A stretch of 64,000 nt of DNA from an uncultured Clostridia bacterium (lineage in GTDB: Bacteria > Bacillota > Clostridia > TANB77 > CAG-508): assembly GCA_944386755.1 (NCBI GenBank), contig CALXCF010000003.1, positions 26,689-90,688 of the forward strand, read 5' to 3'. Of the stretch, positions 29,171 to 39,250 are shown piece after piece. The notes beneath the pieces are model-generated. The model was not told where the DNA came from. It worked only from the letters and a program-made list of their open reading frames with translations, and made no database searches. Within the stretch, counting starts at the first letter, position 1. Every line of letters starts with the position of its first letter. The translations under genes and the position numbers were made by a program.

Positions 29171-29347
29171 TGCTAGATATTATATTTAAAAATTTTTGCA
29201 GTACTGCGTAGCGACCAAACGAGCCTGTTAAGGCGAGTGCGATTGGAGCAACTTTCTTTCTATCAAAAGAAAAATTTTATTTTTCTTTTGATAATTAGTT
29301 GTTGCGACAACAAAGTACAAAAAAATCTTTAAATATAATATCTAGCA
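29171..29347. repeat. 177-bp element with perfect 20-bp terminal inverted repeats (MITE-like or structured RNA)
   Basis: tgctagatattatatttaaa ... tttaaatataatatctagca, with internal hairpins. Confidence 0.6.
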
Positions 29348-29353
29348 TCATGC

Positions 29354-29774
29354 TTATTTTTTATTCATGTACGTCTCTAAAATATAAACAGCAGAAATTG
29401 TATCAACTAAATCCTTTTTTTTATGCTTGTCCACATCCAAAAAATTCATAGTTCTATGTGCTTCAACTGTTGTCAATCTTTCATCCACAGTTTCAATTTT
29501 TATTTTATTATACTTACATTTCAATTTATGAACAAACTCTCCGAGTTGCCTTTGCCCTTTCAGAAATATCACCATTCATATGTAATGGCATTCCTACTAC
29601 AATCGTTTCCACTTCATTATTATATCTTTCTAATATTTCATCCAGTTTTTTTAAAACAATTTTATCAGAACCTTTTCTTTGTATTGTTTCTAAACCTTGT
29701 GCTGTTATATTTAAAGCATCTGTTATTGCAATTCCAACTCTAGCTTCTCCATAATCTATTCCTAATATTCTCAT
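29354..29774 (-). CDS. ruvX: RuvX/YqgF family nuclease, split by a +1 frame change at CGG (29541-29543)
   Basis: MRILGIDYGEARVGIA in one frame; VDERLTT and VDTISAVYILETY in the +1 frame; joined product is 139 aa. Confidence 0.9.
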
Positions 29775-29775
29775 A

Positions 29776-30030
29776 TTAATCTTCTAGTCCTATATAATTT
29801 TTTACCATTTTTTCTAAAAGTTCATCTCTTTCAATAGTTCTTATTTTATTTCTTGCATCATTATAACTCGTTATATATGTTGGATCTCCTGACAATATAT
29901 ATCCCACAATTTGATTAATTGGATTATATCCTTTTTCAACTAATGCTTCATATACTTCTTTTAATATTTCTTTAGATTTTGTATTTTCTTCTCTTTCTAC
30001 TTTAAAGCTCATTGTTTTATCAAATTCCAT
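29776..30030 (-). CDS. ireB: IreB family regulatory phosphoprotein
   Basis: [24 protein letters not shown] motif. Confidence 0.93.
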   Translation of the reverse strand: MEFDKTMSFKVEREENTKSKEILKEVYEALVEKGYNPINQIVGYILSGDPTYITSYNDARNKIRTIERDELLEKMVKNYIGLED

Positions 30031-30046
30031 ATTATATACCTCCTTT

Positions 30047-31180
30047 TTAAATATTTGTTATATCACTTTCATTTGCTGGTGCATTATCAAGATATTCTTC
30101 TAATCTTTTTAAAACTTCTTCTAATGCTGTTCCTTTATAATATGAAGATATTACTATATTGATTTTTGGTATAGCAATTTCTGAATTTCCCTGAGTTTTC
30201 TTATTTCTTTTAGTAACATCTAAGTTCAATTCTTCAACTTCTTGTTCTGTTAATTCTATTTTCATTGTTTCGATTTTTTCTTTTATTTCGTTTAAAAAAT
30301 CTGCTACACTATTTGATTCTACTCCTGAAAATGCAATTACAAATTTTGGTCCCATATATCTAACAAATACATATTCATTTGACAAATTTTCTTTTACATA
30401 TCTACTTATCTCAGTAATTACTTTATTTCCAAGCTCCCTACAATATTTCTTATTTATTTCTTGAATATTTATTATTTTGAACATACATATTGTAGAAATT
30501 GTGTACTGATCTATTATTTTCTTTCCCTCTCCATATAAATATTCTTCTGAATATAAGCCCGTAAATAAGTCTTTTCTTACTATTGATTCTAGAGTCTTTT
30601 GGTGTACTACTGTTTTTAATACTGATACTATATTTTCTTTTATAACTTCTAAAACCGTTGTATCTACATTGTCAAAATCATGTGGTGTTCCACTTTCAAT
30701 AATCCAATACCCAATATATACATTATCTATATATAATGGAAAGAAGATTGCAGATTTTGCTCTTCCAAATTCTGCTTCTTGATATGGTAATCTTTCATTT
30801 TCATTATTTACTGTAACATATTTTGGTGTTGCTGTTTCTATACTATCTTTAAACATATCAACACTTTGCAAATTTTTCATAGCTTCCCAGTGTTTTGGAT
30901 CAACATTTGATGCTTTTACTTGATATTCTGCTCCGTCAAATACAACAATAGTAGAATATTTAATTTCATATCGTTCAATTAAAATTTCATTAATTTTTCT
31001 GATTTTTTCATCTACTGTAGAAGTTTCTCCAATTGCATTCATAAAGTCTTGCACAACATACAAATTTGTTATTTTTTGATTCATGTTTTTAAATTTTTGT
31101 ATTTTTTTGTGTATTGTTACATTATATACTATTAGTCCAATCACTATTAAAACTAATATTACTACTACTGCTATTATCAC
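30047..31180 (-). CDS. Membrane-anchored GAF plus degenerate GGDEF protein
   Basis: N-terminal TM, GAF-like middle, DLFTGLYS...ELGNKVI...VRYMGPKF in place of RYGGEEF. Confidence 0.75.
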   Translation of the reverse strand: MIIAVVVILVLIVIGLIVYNVTIHKKIQKFKNMNQKITNLYVVQDFMNAIGETSTVDEKIRKINEILIERYEIKYSTIVVFDGAEYQVKASNVDPKHWEAMKNLQSVDMFKDSIETATPKYVTVNNENERLPYQEAEFGRAKSAIFFPLYIDNVYIGYWIIESGTPHDFDNVDTTVLEVIKENIVSVLKTVVHQKTLESIVRKDLFTGLYSEEYLYGEGKKIIDQYTISTICMFKIINIQEINKKYCRELGNKVITEISRYVKENLSNEYVFVRYMGPKFVIAFSGVESNSVADFLNEIKEKIETMKIELTEQEVEELNLDVTKRNKKTQGNSEIAIPKINIVISSYYKGTALEEVLKRLEEYLDNAPANESDITNI

Positions 31181-31211
31181 GACTATTTTACCTCCTCAGG
31201 TTCTTTATTAT

Positions 31212-33680
31212 TTAATATCTTCTTTTCATCTGATCTAAAGTATTATTCATATTTGGTGAAAAAACATTATTTCCAGTATTTACTGAAGGTGGTTGATAAG
31301 CTACTTTTCTATTATTAACTACTGGATATATCATATTTCCAAGTTCTTTTAATGTTTGCATAAATACTTTAGAATATCCTTTTAAAGAAATATTACACTC
31401 TATAACACTTTGTAAATATTGAACATAAACCTCTTCATCTAATGGTATAGATACATATTTTATTAAACTTCTATCAAATAACTCTGTCATAAAAGACATT
31501 GCTGGATCATTATAGTATGCCATTCCACCAATAATTGTCTTATCTGAAACACCTCTTATTCTTACGGTTTTGTTTAAAATTATTCTCAACTTTTTCTCAT
31601 CTAGAATATTTTTAGCTTTTAATTCTCTTAAGAAGGCTGTTAGTGGTTGTATTGTTAGTATATCATATGTTTGCACTAAATATGTTTCTTGTGATTGCTT
31701 AAAATATCCTACTGGTGAGTCAAAATCTGTATCTATTAATATTAAAGAATATGTTTTTAATAATGTTTCTAATATTTCATCAACTTGATATATATCTTCA
31801 TTTTCATCTGGTAAAGAAGTATAAACTGTTAAATTTTTGTTTACTACTATTCCATTTGTAATTCCTTGTGTTAAACCAGTTATGCTTTTAGCTGCAGTTA
31901 ATCTTAATTCTTCTTCATTTTTTGTGTAAATATAATATGAATTTCTATTTTTAGTTGTATCTAATATAGCTGTATTTACTCCAATTGATGACATCAATTC
32001 TGCTATATTATTAACCATAAATGATGTTCCATTTTTGCTTGTTCCAACAAATGTAACAATTTTTTTATCAGGTGTTAATAAACTTGATAAATCTTTTGTA
32101 CTTTCATATTGATTACTTCTTTGTGGTTGCCCACTAACATTGTTTGTAGTTGTATTATAATTATTATAGCTATCGTTGTAATTGTTATAATTTGTTACAG
32201 AATTTGTTGGTTGATATTGTGAATAATTTTGAGTCTGATTAATTATATTTAAATCACTCTCATCTTTATCATCAAATCCTGGTAATACCGCATCCTCATT
32301 ATTATCCTGCACATCATCAAATCCTGGCAATACTGTATCATCATTATTTTCTTGTACTTTGTCAAATCCTGGTAATACTGTATCATCATTACTTTCTTGT
32401 ACTTCGTCAAATCCTGGCAATACTGTATTATCGTTACTTTCTTGTGCATCATCAAATCCTGGTAATACCGTATCATCATTCTCTATATTTTCAATTTTAG
32501 TTTCAACTTCTTCTGGAAGTGGATTTTTTCTTGGTCTTCCTCTTTTTTTCTTTACAGGTGGCTCAGTATTTGTTACAACAGGATTTTTTCTTGGTCTTCC
32601 TCTACCTCTTTTTACTGGTTGTACTACCTCTGGTTCTTCTATCTTTTCTGGTTCTTGTACAACACTTGGTATTTCTATAACTTCCTCTTTTGGTTCTTCC
32701 ACATCATTAAAATCAGATAAATTTAATGTATTAACATTATCATTCTGTATTGATTCAGAAGGATTTTCTAAATCAGAATTTCTTCTTTCCTCAATTGCAT
32801 CATTATTTGTCGTTTCTTCTGGTTTACGGCGAGACAATTTCTTTGTTCCTGCCATATTTACAGAAGATGGTATTACTACTGGTTTTGACATTATAACTTC
32901 TCTATTTTTTGGTTTTAATAAAGTTTCACTTGGTCCTTCTTTTTGTTCTTTTTTAGTCTGTCTTAAATTTTTAGATACACTACTATTAAATGACATTATC
33001 TGTTGATATTTAGGTGATTGTTCCTCTAATACAGCTCTAACATTTAAAGGTAAAAATTTAGAAATAATTCTTAATTGTGTATCATTATATTGTGCAGCAA
33101 TATTATTAAAACTATCTACATATCTATCTTCATTTTTTCCTAATCTTTTATAATGTGCTATTATATTTTGTATTTCCATTTCGCTGACATCGTTTTCATT
33201 TTCAGCTTGATAATTTACTTCTTCTGAATCGATTTGATAATATGCTTTAGCTTCTTTTTTTCCACGAGGTCTATTTATCAAACGGCAAACTTCATCAACA
33301 CTTCTATCATTTCCTATTATAGCATTATACACTCCAATACCAAATAGCTTCACTAATATTTGCTCTGATTTTGTTCTTCTATCTGCACAAATCAAAATAA
33401 TTGGTATATCATTTCCTTTTACATTTGATGCTTCATCACTAATACCATCTAGTTTTTCAAATATAAATTTATCAATTTGATCATATTGTGTATGTGTAAA
33501 AGCCTCCAAATCTTCACTTATTACAATTCTATCATAAGTTTTATCCTTCTGTAATTCTTTCAATATTGCATTAAAGTAATAAACATTTTTATATGATATT
33601 ATCTGTTTATATTGTTTTTGATATTTCTTTACAATAGATTCTGATATTTCTTCATTACTTACAGCAAATAAGACTTTCAT
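31212..33680 (-). CDS. CpaE/TadZ/ParA-like protein with receiver-like N-terminus, two AT-hooks and acidic tandem repeats
   Basis: KRGRGRPRK and KKRGRPRK motifs; five VLPGFD repeats; C-terminal IVTFVGTSKNGTSF...ILD...ILIDTD MinD/ParA-like domain. Confidence 0.65.
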   Translation of the reverse strand: MKVLFAVSNEEISESIVKKYQKQYKQIISYKNVYYFNAILKELQKDKTYDRIVISEDLEAFTHTQYDQIDKFIFEKLDGISDEASNVKGNDIPIILICADRRTKSEQILVKLFGIGVYNAIIGNDRSVDEVCRLINRPRGKKEAKAYYQIDSEEVNYQAENENDVSEMEIQNIIAHYKRLGKNEDRYVDSFNNIAAQYNDTQLRIISKFLPLNVRAVLEEQSPKYQQIMSFNSSVSKNLRQTKKEQKEGPSETLLKPKNREVIMSKPVVIPSSVNMAGTKKLSRRKPEETTNNDAIEERRNSDLENPSESIQNDNVNTLNLSDFNDVEEPKEEVIEIPSVVQEPEKIEEPEVVQPVKRGRGRPRKNPVVTNTEPPVKKKRGRPRKNPLPEEVETKIENIENDDTVLPGFDDAQESNDNTVLPGFDEVQESNDDTVLPGFDKVQENNDDTVLPGFDDVQDNNEDAVLPGFDDKDESDLNIINQTQNYSQYQPTNSVTNYNNYNDSYNNYNTTTNNVSGQPQRSNQYESTKDLSSLLTPDKKIVTFVGTSKNGTSFMVNNIAELMSSIGVNTAILDTTKNRNSYYIYTKNEEELRLTAAKSITGLTQGITNGIVVNKNLTVYTSLPDENEDIYQVDEILETLLKTYSLILIDTDFDSPVGYFKQSQETYLVQTYDILTIQPLTAFLRELKAKNILDEKKLRIILNKTVRIRGVSDKTIIGGMAYYNDPAMSFMTELFDRSLIKYVSIPLDEEVYVQYLQSVIECNISLKGYSKVFMQTLKELGNMIYPVVNNRKVAYQPPSVNTGNNVFSPNMNNTLDQMKRRY
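32269..32480. repeat. Intragenic tandem repeat, 5 x 45 bp (15 aa)
   Basis: tcaaatcctgg at 32272, 32317, 32362, 32407 and 32452. Confidence 0.92.
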
Positions 33681-33683
33681 TTG

Positions 33684-34139
33684 TTACCCCCTTCCAAATT
33701 TTACGAACACTGCAAATGCAAGTGGTAATATTTGGCATATAATTAAAATTGTTACAAAGGTTACAATCAGTGCCATACCTTTTTCCAATGTATCTAACTT
33801 TCTAACACCTATTACATATTGATGTATTGCTCCAATTGCAATTCCTAAAAAACATAATGGAATACTATAAATACGCACTAAATTTAATATGTAAGCTACT
33901 GTTCCATATACATCTGAACCATACTTTTCTTTATAGTCCTCTAATGAATTGGCTACATTTTCTTTTAATTCCACTAATTGACTTTCTGTTTCCTCATCAA
34001 TCGCTCTATCTGTAGTTTCATTTTCTATTACTGCATTATTTCCTTCTGCTGCATATGTCATATTTGCTCCAAATACTGAAATAATTAGCAGTACTATCAT
34101 AATTGTAGCTATCAAATATTTCTTCATTTCCAATTTCAT
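33684..34139 (-). CDS. Membrane protein with signal peptide and two C-terminal TM helices (TrbC/VirB2 pilin-like topology)
   Basis: Signal peptide ending TYA, then IPLCFLGIAIGAI and GMALIVTFVTILIICQILPLAF. Confidence 0.5.
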   Translation of the reverse strand: MKLEMKKYLIATIMIVLLIISVFGANMTYAAEGNNAVIENETTDRAIDEETESQLVELKENVANSLEDYKEKYGSDVYGTVAYILNLVRIYSIPLCFLGIAIGAIHQYVIGVRKLDTLEKGMALIVTFVTILIICQILPLAFAVFVKFGRG

Positions 34140-34245
34140 TCCTTTCTAAGTTTTTAACAAATCCTGTTTTTACTTGGTAAATATTACTATTCTTTATTCT
34201 TGCTATTATATCATACAATAAATAATAAAAAATAGCAAGAATTTT

Positions 34246-35512
34246 TTACAATTTATTATATAAATATTTCATAGTTGTATATACACTATTTGCCCAATTT
34301 TTATCTGTTGCATATTTTTTATTAATTCCACTTAATGTTGGTCCATTATAGTATTTTCCAGATGCTGTTTCCCCACTATATATGCTTGTACCTGCTGGAT
34401 TTAAATAATACTTAACAAATACTCTTGCTATAAGATCTATACATTCTGAATAATCTGAAAATGTATATGCTCCATTATATGGATTAGAATCATATGCGCC
34501 ATACCCAAATAAATTATATTTTTCTTGAGCAATTTTTGATGTTCCCCAGGCACTTTCATGTATTCCTACTGCTGCTACAAATACTCCATTTATATTATAT
34601 TCTTTTTCAATATAATAAAAATATTCAGCATTTTGTTCAAATATCTTATTTTTATCTTTACTATCAGACAATATAGTTTTAAACTGTTCTAACGTTAATC
34701 CACTAGGTTTATTTAATGCCATTCCAAAACTTAGAGTTGATAACAATTCCGATTTACTTTTTTGACTTGTAAAAGTATTTATATTTGAAGAATTCTTTTC
34801 TGCTTCTTCTTGGGCATAATTTCTATAAGTTGTAGCCTCTTTCTTTACATATCCAATTGTAGTACCTGACCTAATTCTATACCATTCACCTTGAATTTCT
34901 AAAACCTTTAATTCATCGTTTTGAGATAATGTAGCAACTTTTTGTGACTCTTCACTTGGCTCTACCATAACAGATAGCCTATCAGATGTAACATATACTG
35001 TGTCTCCTACTTTTACCTCATAATTACTTGCTCTTCCGTGTGCCAGTTCCAACTTCTACAATTTTATTAACAGCTGCTTTAGTAATTTTTGCAGAAACTT
35101 GTTCTTCACTTATTAGCGCGTCATTTTCATATGTCTTTTTTGTTGTAATTTGTTGTTTTCCTTTTCTTCCTTCTTGCGTTACTTGTAACGTGCCTTTTGG
35201 AAGACTTGCATTGTTTTTATATTTCGTTATAAATTCTAATTCTACTTCTTCTACTGTATATTCTTCTTTTATTGCTTCTTTACTATTATTTTGTATGTAT
35301 GAATCTATATCTATTTTCTCTGCTTCGCTTAATTCTAAATCATTGACAGGAGAACTTACTTCTGTTGCATAAACTACACTTTCTCCGAAATAATAGTGAT
35401 AAAAAATGATTATATAGAATATACTAATAACAGCTATTGAAAAAATAATTATGTTTTTTAAAGTAAAAAATATGTACTTCTTTTTCTTATCTTTTGCTTT
35501 CATTATAATCAC
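34246..35512 (-). CDS. Cell-wall hydrolase (TM-G5-SH3b-glucosaminidase), split by a +1 frame change at CGG (35036-35038)
   Basis: G5 domain ends KIVEVGTG; the +1 frame continues into SH3 (GEWYRI..GYV) and GH73 (HESAWG, NLFGYGAYD, YATDKNW); joined product is 421 aa. Confidence 0.85.
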
Positions 35513-35721
35513 CTAACACTATTTTACCTTTTCATTGTTTTTTTGTCAATTTACTTTTCTGCTTTTTTTAAGTTTTGTTCTTGGTAAATTTTGTTTATTT
35601 TCATTTTTGAAAATTTATTCTTATATTGTATATAACATTTAAATTTTGTATTGATTTTATTCGATTTTTATAATATTATAGCTATATATAATTGTTCATT
35701 TAGGAGGAAATAAAATTATTT

Positions 35722-36603
35722 ATGAATAAAAATAATAAAAAAATAAAAGAAAAAAATACAAAAGCTAAAAACATACATAATAAAGGAAATATCAATAAAA
35801 CTATTGATAATAAGAAAAAAGTGTTAAGTATCATCACTTTAGTTCTATTTATATTAGTAGTGTTTTTAGCATTTTTAGTACTTTCAAAAATAGTATTAAA
35901 AACTAATTTTGAAAAATCAATTTTACCATTTGCAAATAAGAATAGTGAAACTATTTTTAACATTAATCAAATTGTTTTGTTTAGTAATTGTGATGCAAAA
36001 AACAAAAATATTTCAACTACAAATTATACTTTAGAAAATATTTATCAATATACTGATATTGCGTTTTTTATAGATTCACCTCAAGAAGAAAAAACTTCTA
36101 AAAACACACTAAAAGATGTTACAATTGAAAATATTAATTTTTCAACACCTCCATCAATGGGAGAACCTGCACTTTATTTTAAAAGTATCACTAACTTTGC
36201 CAAAAGTGAATTAAATGACGAAAACAAAATTCAGGATAAATTAGATTTTTCTATAACTTCAGAAGATTCGACAGATTTATCTACTCCTGTTTTATATAAT
36301 AATTTAGCAAATCCTATTACACTTAGTTATATTAATTCTAATATAAAAACTGATTATACAATTACTGATACTTCAACACCTATTACTTATGATGGTACTC
36401 TTTTAAGTAGATGTGCTGTTCCTTTAGATGATATCAGCTGTAGTTTTTCTTTTGATGTTTTTGTTATAAATAATCAAGATGAGAAGTATAAATGTACAGT
36501 GTTTATTGATGTTCCATTGTCTTCAGATGAAGGTTCTATCGATAGTAATGGTAATGTTACTTTAAAGAAAAATGTAAATTTTAAATTTTTTAGAATTGAG
36601 TAA
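35722..36603 (+). CDS. Hypothetical membrane-anchored protein
   Basis: AGGAGG RBS, basic N-terminus plus a TM helix, 293 aa. Confidence 0.75.
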   Translation: MNKNNKKIKEKNTKAKNIHNKGNINKTIDNKKKVLSIITLVLFILVVFLAFLVLSKIVLKTNFEKSILPFANKNSETIFNINQIVLFSNCDAKNKNISTTNYTLENIYQYTDIAFFIDSPQEEKTSKNTLKDVTIENINFSTPPSMGEPALYFKSITNFAKSELNDENKIQDKLDFSITSEDSTDLSTPVLYNNLANPITLSYINSNIKTDYTITDTSTPITYDGTLLSRCAVPLDDISCSFSFDVFVINNQDEKYKCTVFIDVPLSSDEGSIDSNGNVTLKKNVNFKFFRIE

Positions 36604-36783
36604 AGAATTAATTATTAAATTTTATGAAATTACGAATGCGAATGTAAGGATAATACAAATTATTTAATTATAAAATAGGAGAATCTCAAACTTGCTTTGA
36701 GAGGTGCCTGCTTTATAATTTTAAAATTTGTTTATCCTGAAATGTTAGCCGAGTAATGAATAAAATTTAATAATTAATTCTTT
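36602..36783. repeat. 182-bp rod-like palindromic element with perfect 24-bp terminal inverted repeats
   Basis: aaagaattaattattaaattttat ... ataaaatttaataattaattcttt, with nested complementary segments. Confidence 0.6.
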
Positions 36784-36831
36784 GCAAGATAATAAAAAGT
36801 ATAAAAAGAAAAAAGGAAGGATGGATTTTAT

Positions 36832-38572
36832 ATGAAAAAGGATGTACCAGTTGCAGAGCAATTAAAGAAAAAATATCATAAAACAGAAGAAGTTACTAAT
36901 TTTAAGGACATGTTATATCGTTCTGGAGATATCTATCGTTCTAGGACTGCTTTTAGAAGAAAAGATAAAGAAGGTAAAATTTATTCAGTTACATATGCTG
37001 AGTTTAAAAATGATGTTGTGGCTTTAGGGACAAGTCTAATTGAAAAAGGATTTTTAAATAAACGAATTGCAGTTATAGGAAAAAATACTTATGAATGGTG
37101 TGTTTCATATTTAGCTGCATCTATTGTTGGAATTGTTGTTCCTATTGATAAAGAATTGCAACCTCATGATGTAATTAATTTTATGAATGTTTCACAAGCT
37201 GTTTGTATTTTAGGTGATTCAAAAAATCTAGATAGTATTTTAGATAATATTGAAAAAGTTGAAAATCCTGATACAATCTTTGTTCCTTTTGATTCAAAAA
37301 AGGATATAAAAAATTCATATATAAATTTATTAAATGCTGGCAAAAAATTATATGAAGATGGTAATCATTCTTTTGATGATATAAAAGTAAATCCTGATGA
37401 ATTACGTATTTTGCTATTCACATCTGGTACAACAGGTAGTGCAAAAGGAGTTTGTCTATCTCAAAGAAATATTTGCTCAAATATCTTATCAACTTATGGA
37501 ATTGTAAAAGTTAAAAGAAGTGACTTATTCTTCTCTGTTTTACCCTTACATCACACATATGAATGTACTTTAGGATTTTTATTACCAATATATAGTGGTG
37601 CAAGTATTGCTCATTGTGAAGGTTTAAGACACATTGTACAAAATATGCAAGAATTTCACCCTTCTGTTATTTTGTGTGTTCCTCTATTGTTAGAGAATGT
37701 TCACAAAAACATTATTAAAAATATGAATAAATCTTTACCAGAAAAATATAGAAAAGAAGATGGAAATCCTTTTATGCGGTTTGCCTTCAATCATGAAAAC
37801 AATTGTTAGAAATAAAGTAAAAAATACTTTAGGTGGAAGATTAAGAGTATTTATTGTAGGTGCTGCTGCTATGAATCCAAATATTATTGCTGATTTTAAA
37901 AATTTACATTTAAAAACTTTGCAAGGATATGGTTTAACTGAATGTTCACCATTAGTTGCTGGAAATACTGATTATTTTCAAAAAGATGACGCAGCTGGAC
38001 TTCCTATTCCAAATGTAGAATATAAAATAGATAATCCAAATGATGAAGGTGTCGGAGAAATTATTGTTAAAGGTCCTAATGTTATGCTTGGTTATTATGA
38101 AGATGAAGAAAAAACTAAACAAACTATTGTTGATGGTTGGTTTCATACAGGTGACTTAGGAAGAATTGATGAAAATGGTTATTTATATATTACTGGCAGA
38201 TGTAAAAGTGTTATCGTAACTAAAAATGGAAAAAATATTTATCCGGAAGAGGTTGAATATTATTTGAATGATAATCCTCTTATTTCTGAATCAGTTGTTC
38301 TAGGTATCCACAAAGATGATGATGATGAAACATATGTTAATGCTCAGATTTATCCTAATATTGAGGCAATTACAGAGTATTTAAAAGGTAGTGTTCCTAC
38401 TAAAGAAGAAATTTGGAAACTTATTTCTGATGTTGTTTCTAGTGTTAATAAAAAGTTGCCTAATTACAAACATATTAAGAGTTTTGGTATTAGGGATAAG
38501 GAGTTTGAAAAGACTACTACTCAAAAAATTAAGAGGTATGGAGATAATATGAAGGTTGATGGAAAGCAATAA
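36832..38572 (+). CDS. Long-chain fatty acid-CoA ligase (AMP-binding), split by a +1 frame change at CGG (37777-37779)
   Basis: FTSGTTGSAKG in ORF 1; QGYGLTE, GWFHTGDLG, NIYPEEVE in ORF 2; joined product is 579 aa. Confidence 0.9.
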
Positions 38573-38786
38573 TTAAAACTGCTTGCGAAAATTTATTAAT
38601 TATATTTAAAATTACATATTTATCACTTATTTTAGATAATTTTTTAAAAAGTCATAAAAAACTGAGGTAGAAAACTATTGACATTGAGCCAGAATTGTTT
38701 ATAGGCAACAAAAAAATCAACCAGATTTTATTTTCTGATTGACATTTGTATTTATCTGCTTCTATTAGTTCGAACAGAAACGTCAT

Positions 38787-38870
38787 TGGTGCGGATGAAG
38801 GGACTCGAACCCCCACGCCGTTGGCACTGGTTCCTAAGACCAGCGCGTCTACCAGTTCCGCCACATCCGC
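38787..38870 (-). tRNA. tRNA-Leu (TAG)
   Basis: GCGGATGTGGCGGAACTGGTAGACGCGCTGGT-CTTAGGA-ACCAG, long variable arm, GGTTCGAGTCC, 3' CCA. Confidence 0.95.
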
Positions 38871-38961
38871 ATATTTACTTGACAAGATTTATTTTAGCAC
38901 ATTTAAAGTTTTCCTGTCAAGCAATTTTTCATATTTTTCACATTAATCTCGTTTTTTTAAT

Positions 38962-39153
38962 CTATTTCACAAAATAGATTATTAAACCACCAACTATTGC
39001 AACAATAAAACCTAATATCTTCAATCCACTTGTTGCCTCATTTTGATCACCAAAGCCAAAAAACTTTTTTGTCAAGATTCTAGCATCATAAATCATTATT
39101 ATACCTAATAATACAATTAAAATCCCTATCAAAATTCCTATTGCTTGTAACAT
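38962..39153 (-). CDS. Small two-TM membrane protein
   Basis: 63 aa, two hydrophobic helices, AAGGA RBS. Confidence 0.65.
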   Translation of the reverse strand: MLQAIGILIGILIVLLGIIMIYDARILTKKFFGFGDQNEATSGLKILGFIVAIVGGLIIYFVK

Positions 39154-39250
39154 TTTATCAACATCCTTTTATTTTATCTATTCTAATAATACTATCTCAC
39201 TAGTCAAAAGTCAAGCAAATTAATAAGTATTTTGTTAGTATTTAAAACTC

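Noticed and set aside
32249-32480. 45-bp repeats as a CRISPR array, and the 76-aa MMIQYCQDL ORF
   Set aside because: The repeats are contiguous in-frame coding units without unique spacers; the small ORF is an alternate frame of the same repeat.
38652-38977. Short ORFs overlapping tRNA-Leu
   Set aside because: They are translations of the tRNA sequence on either strand.
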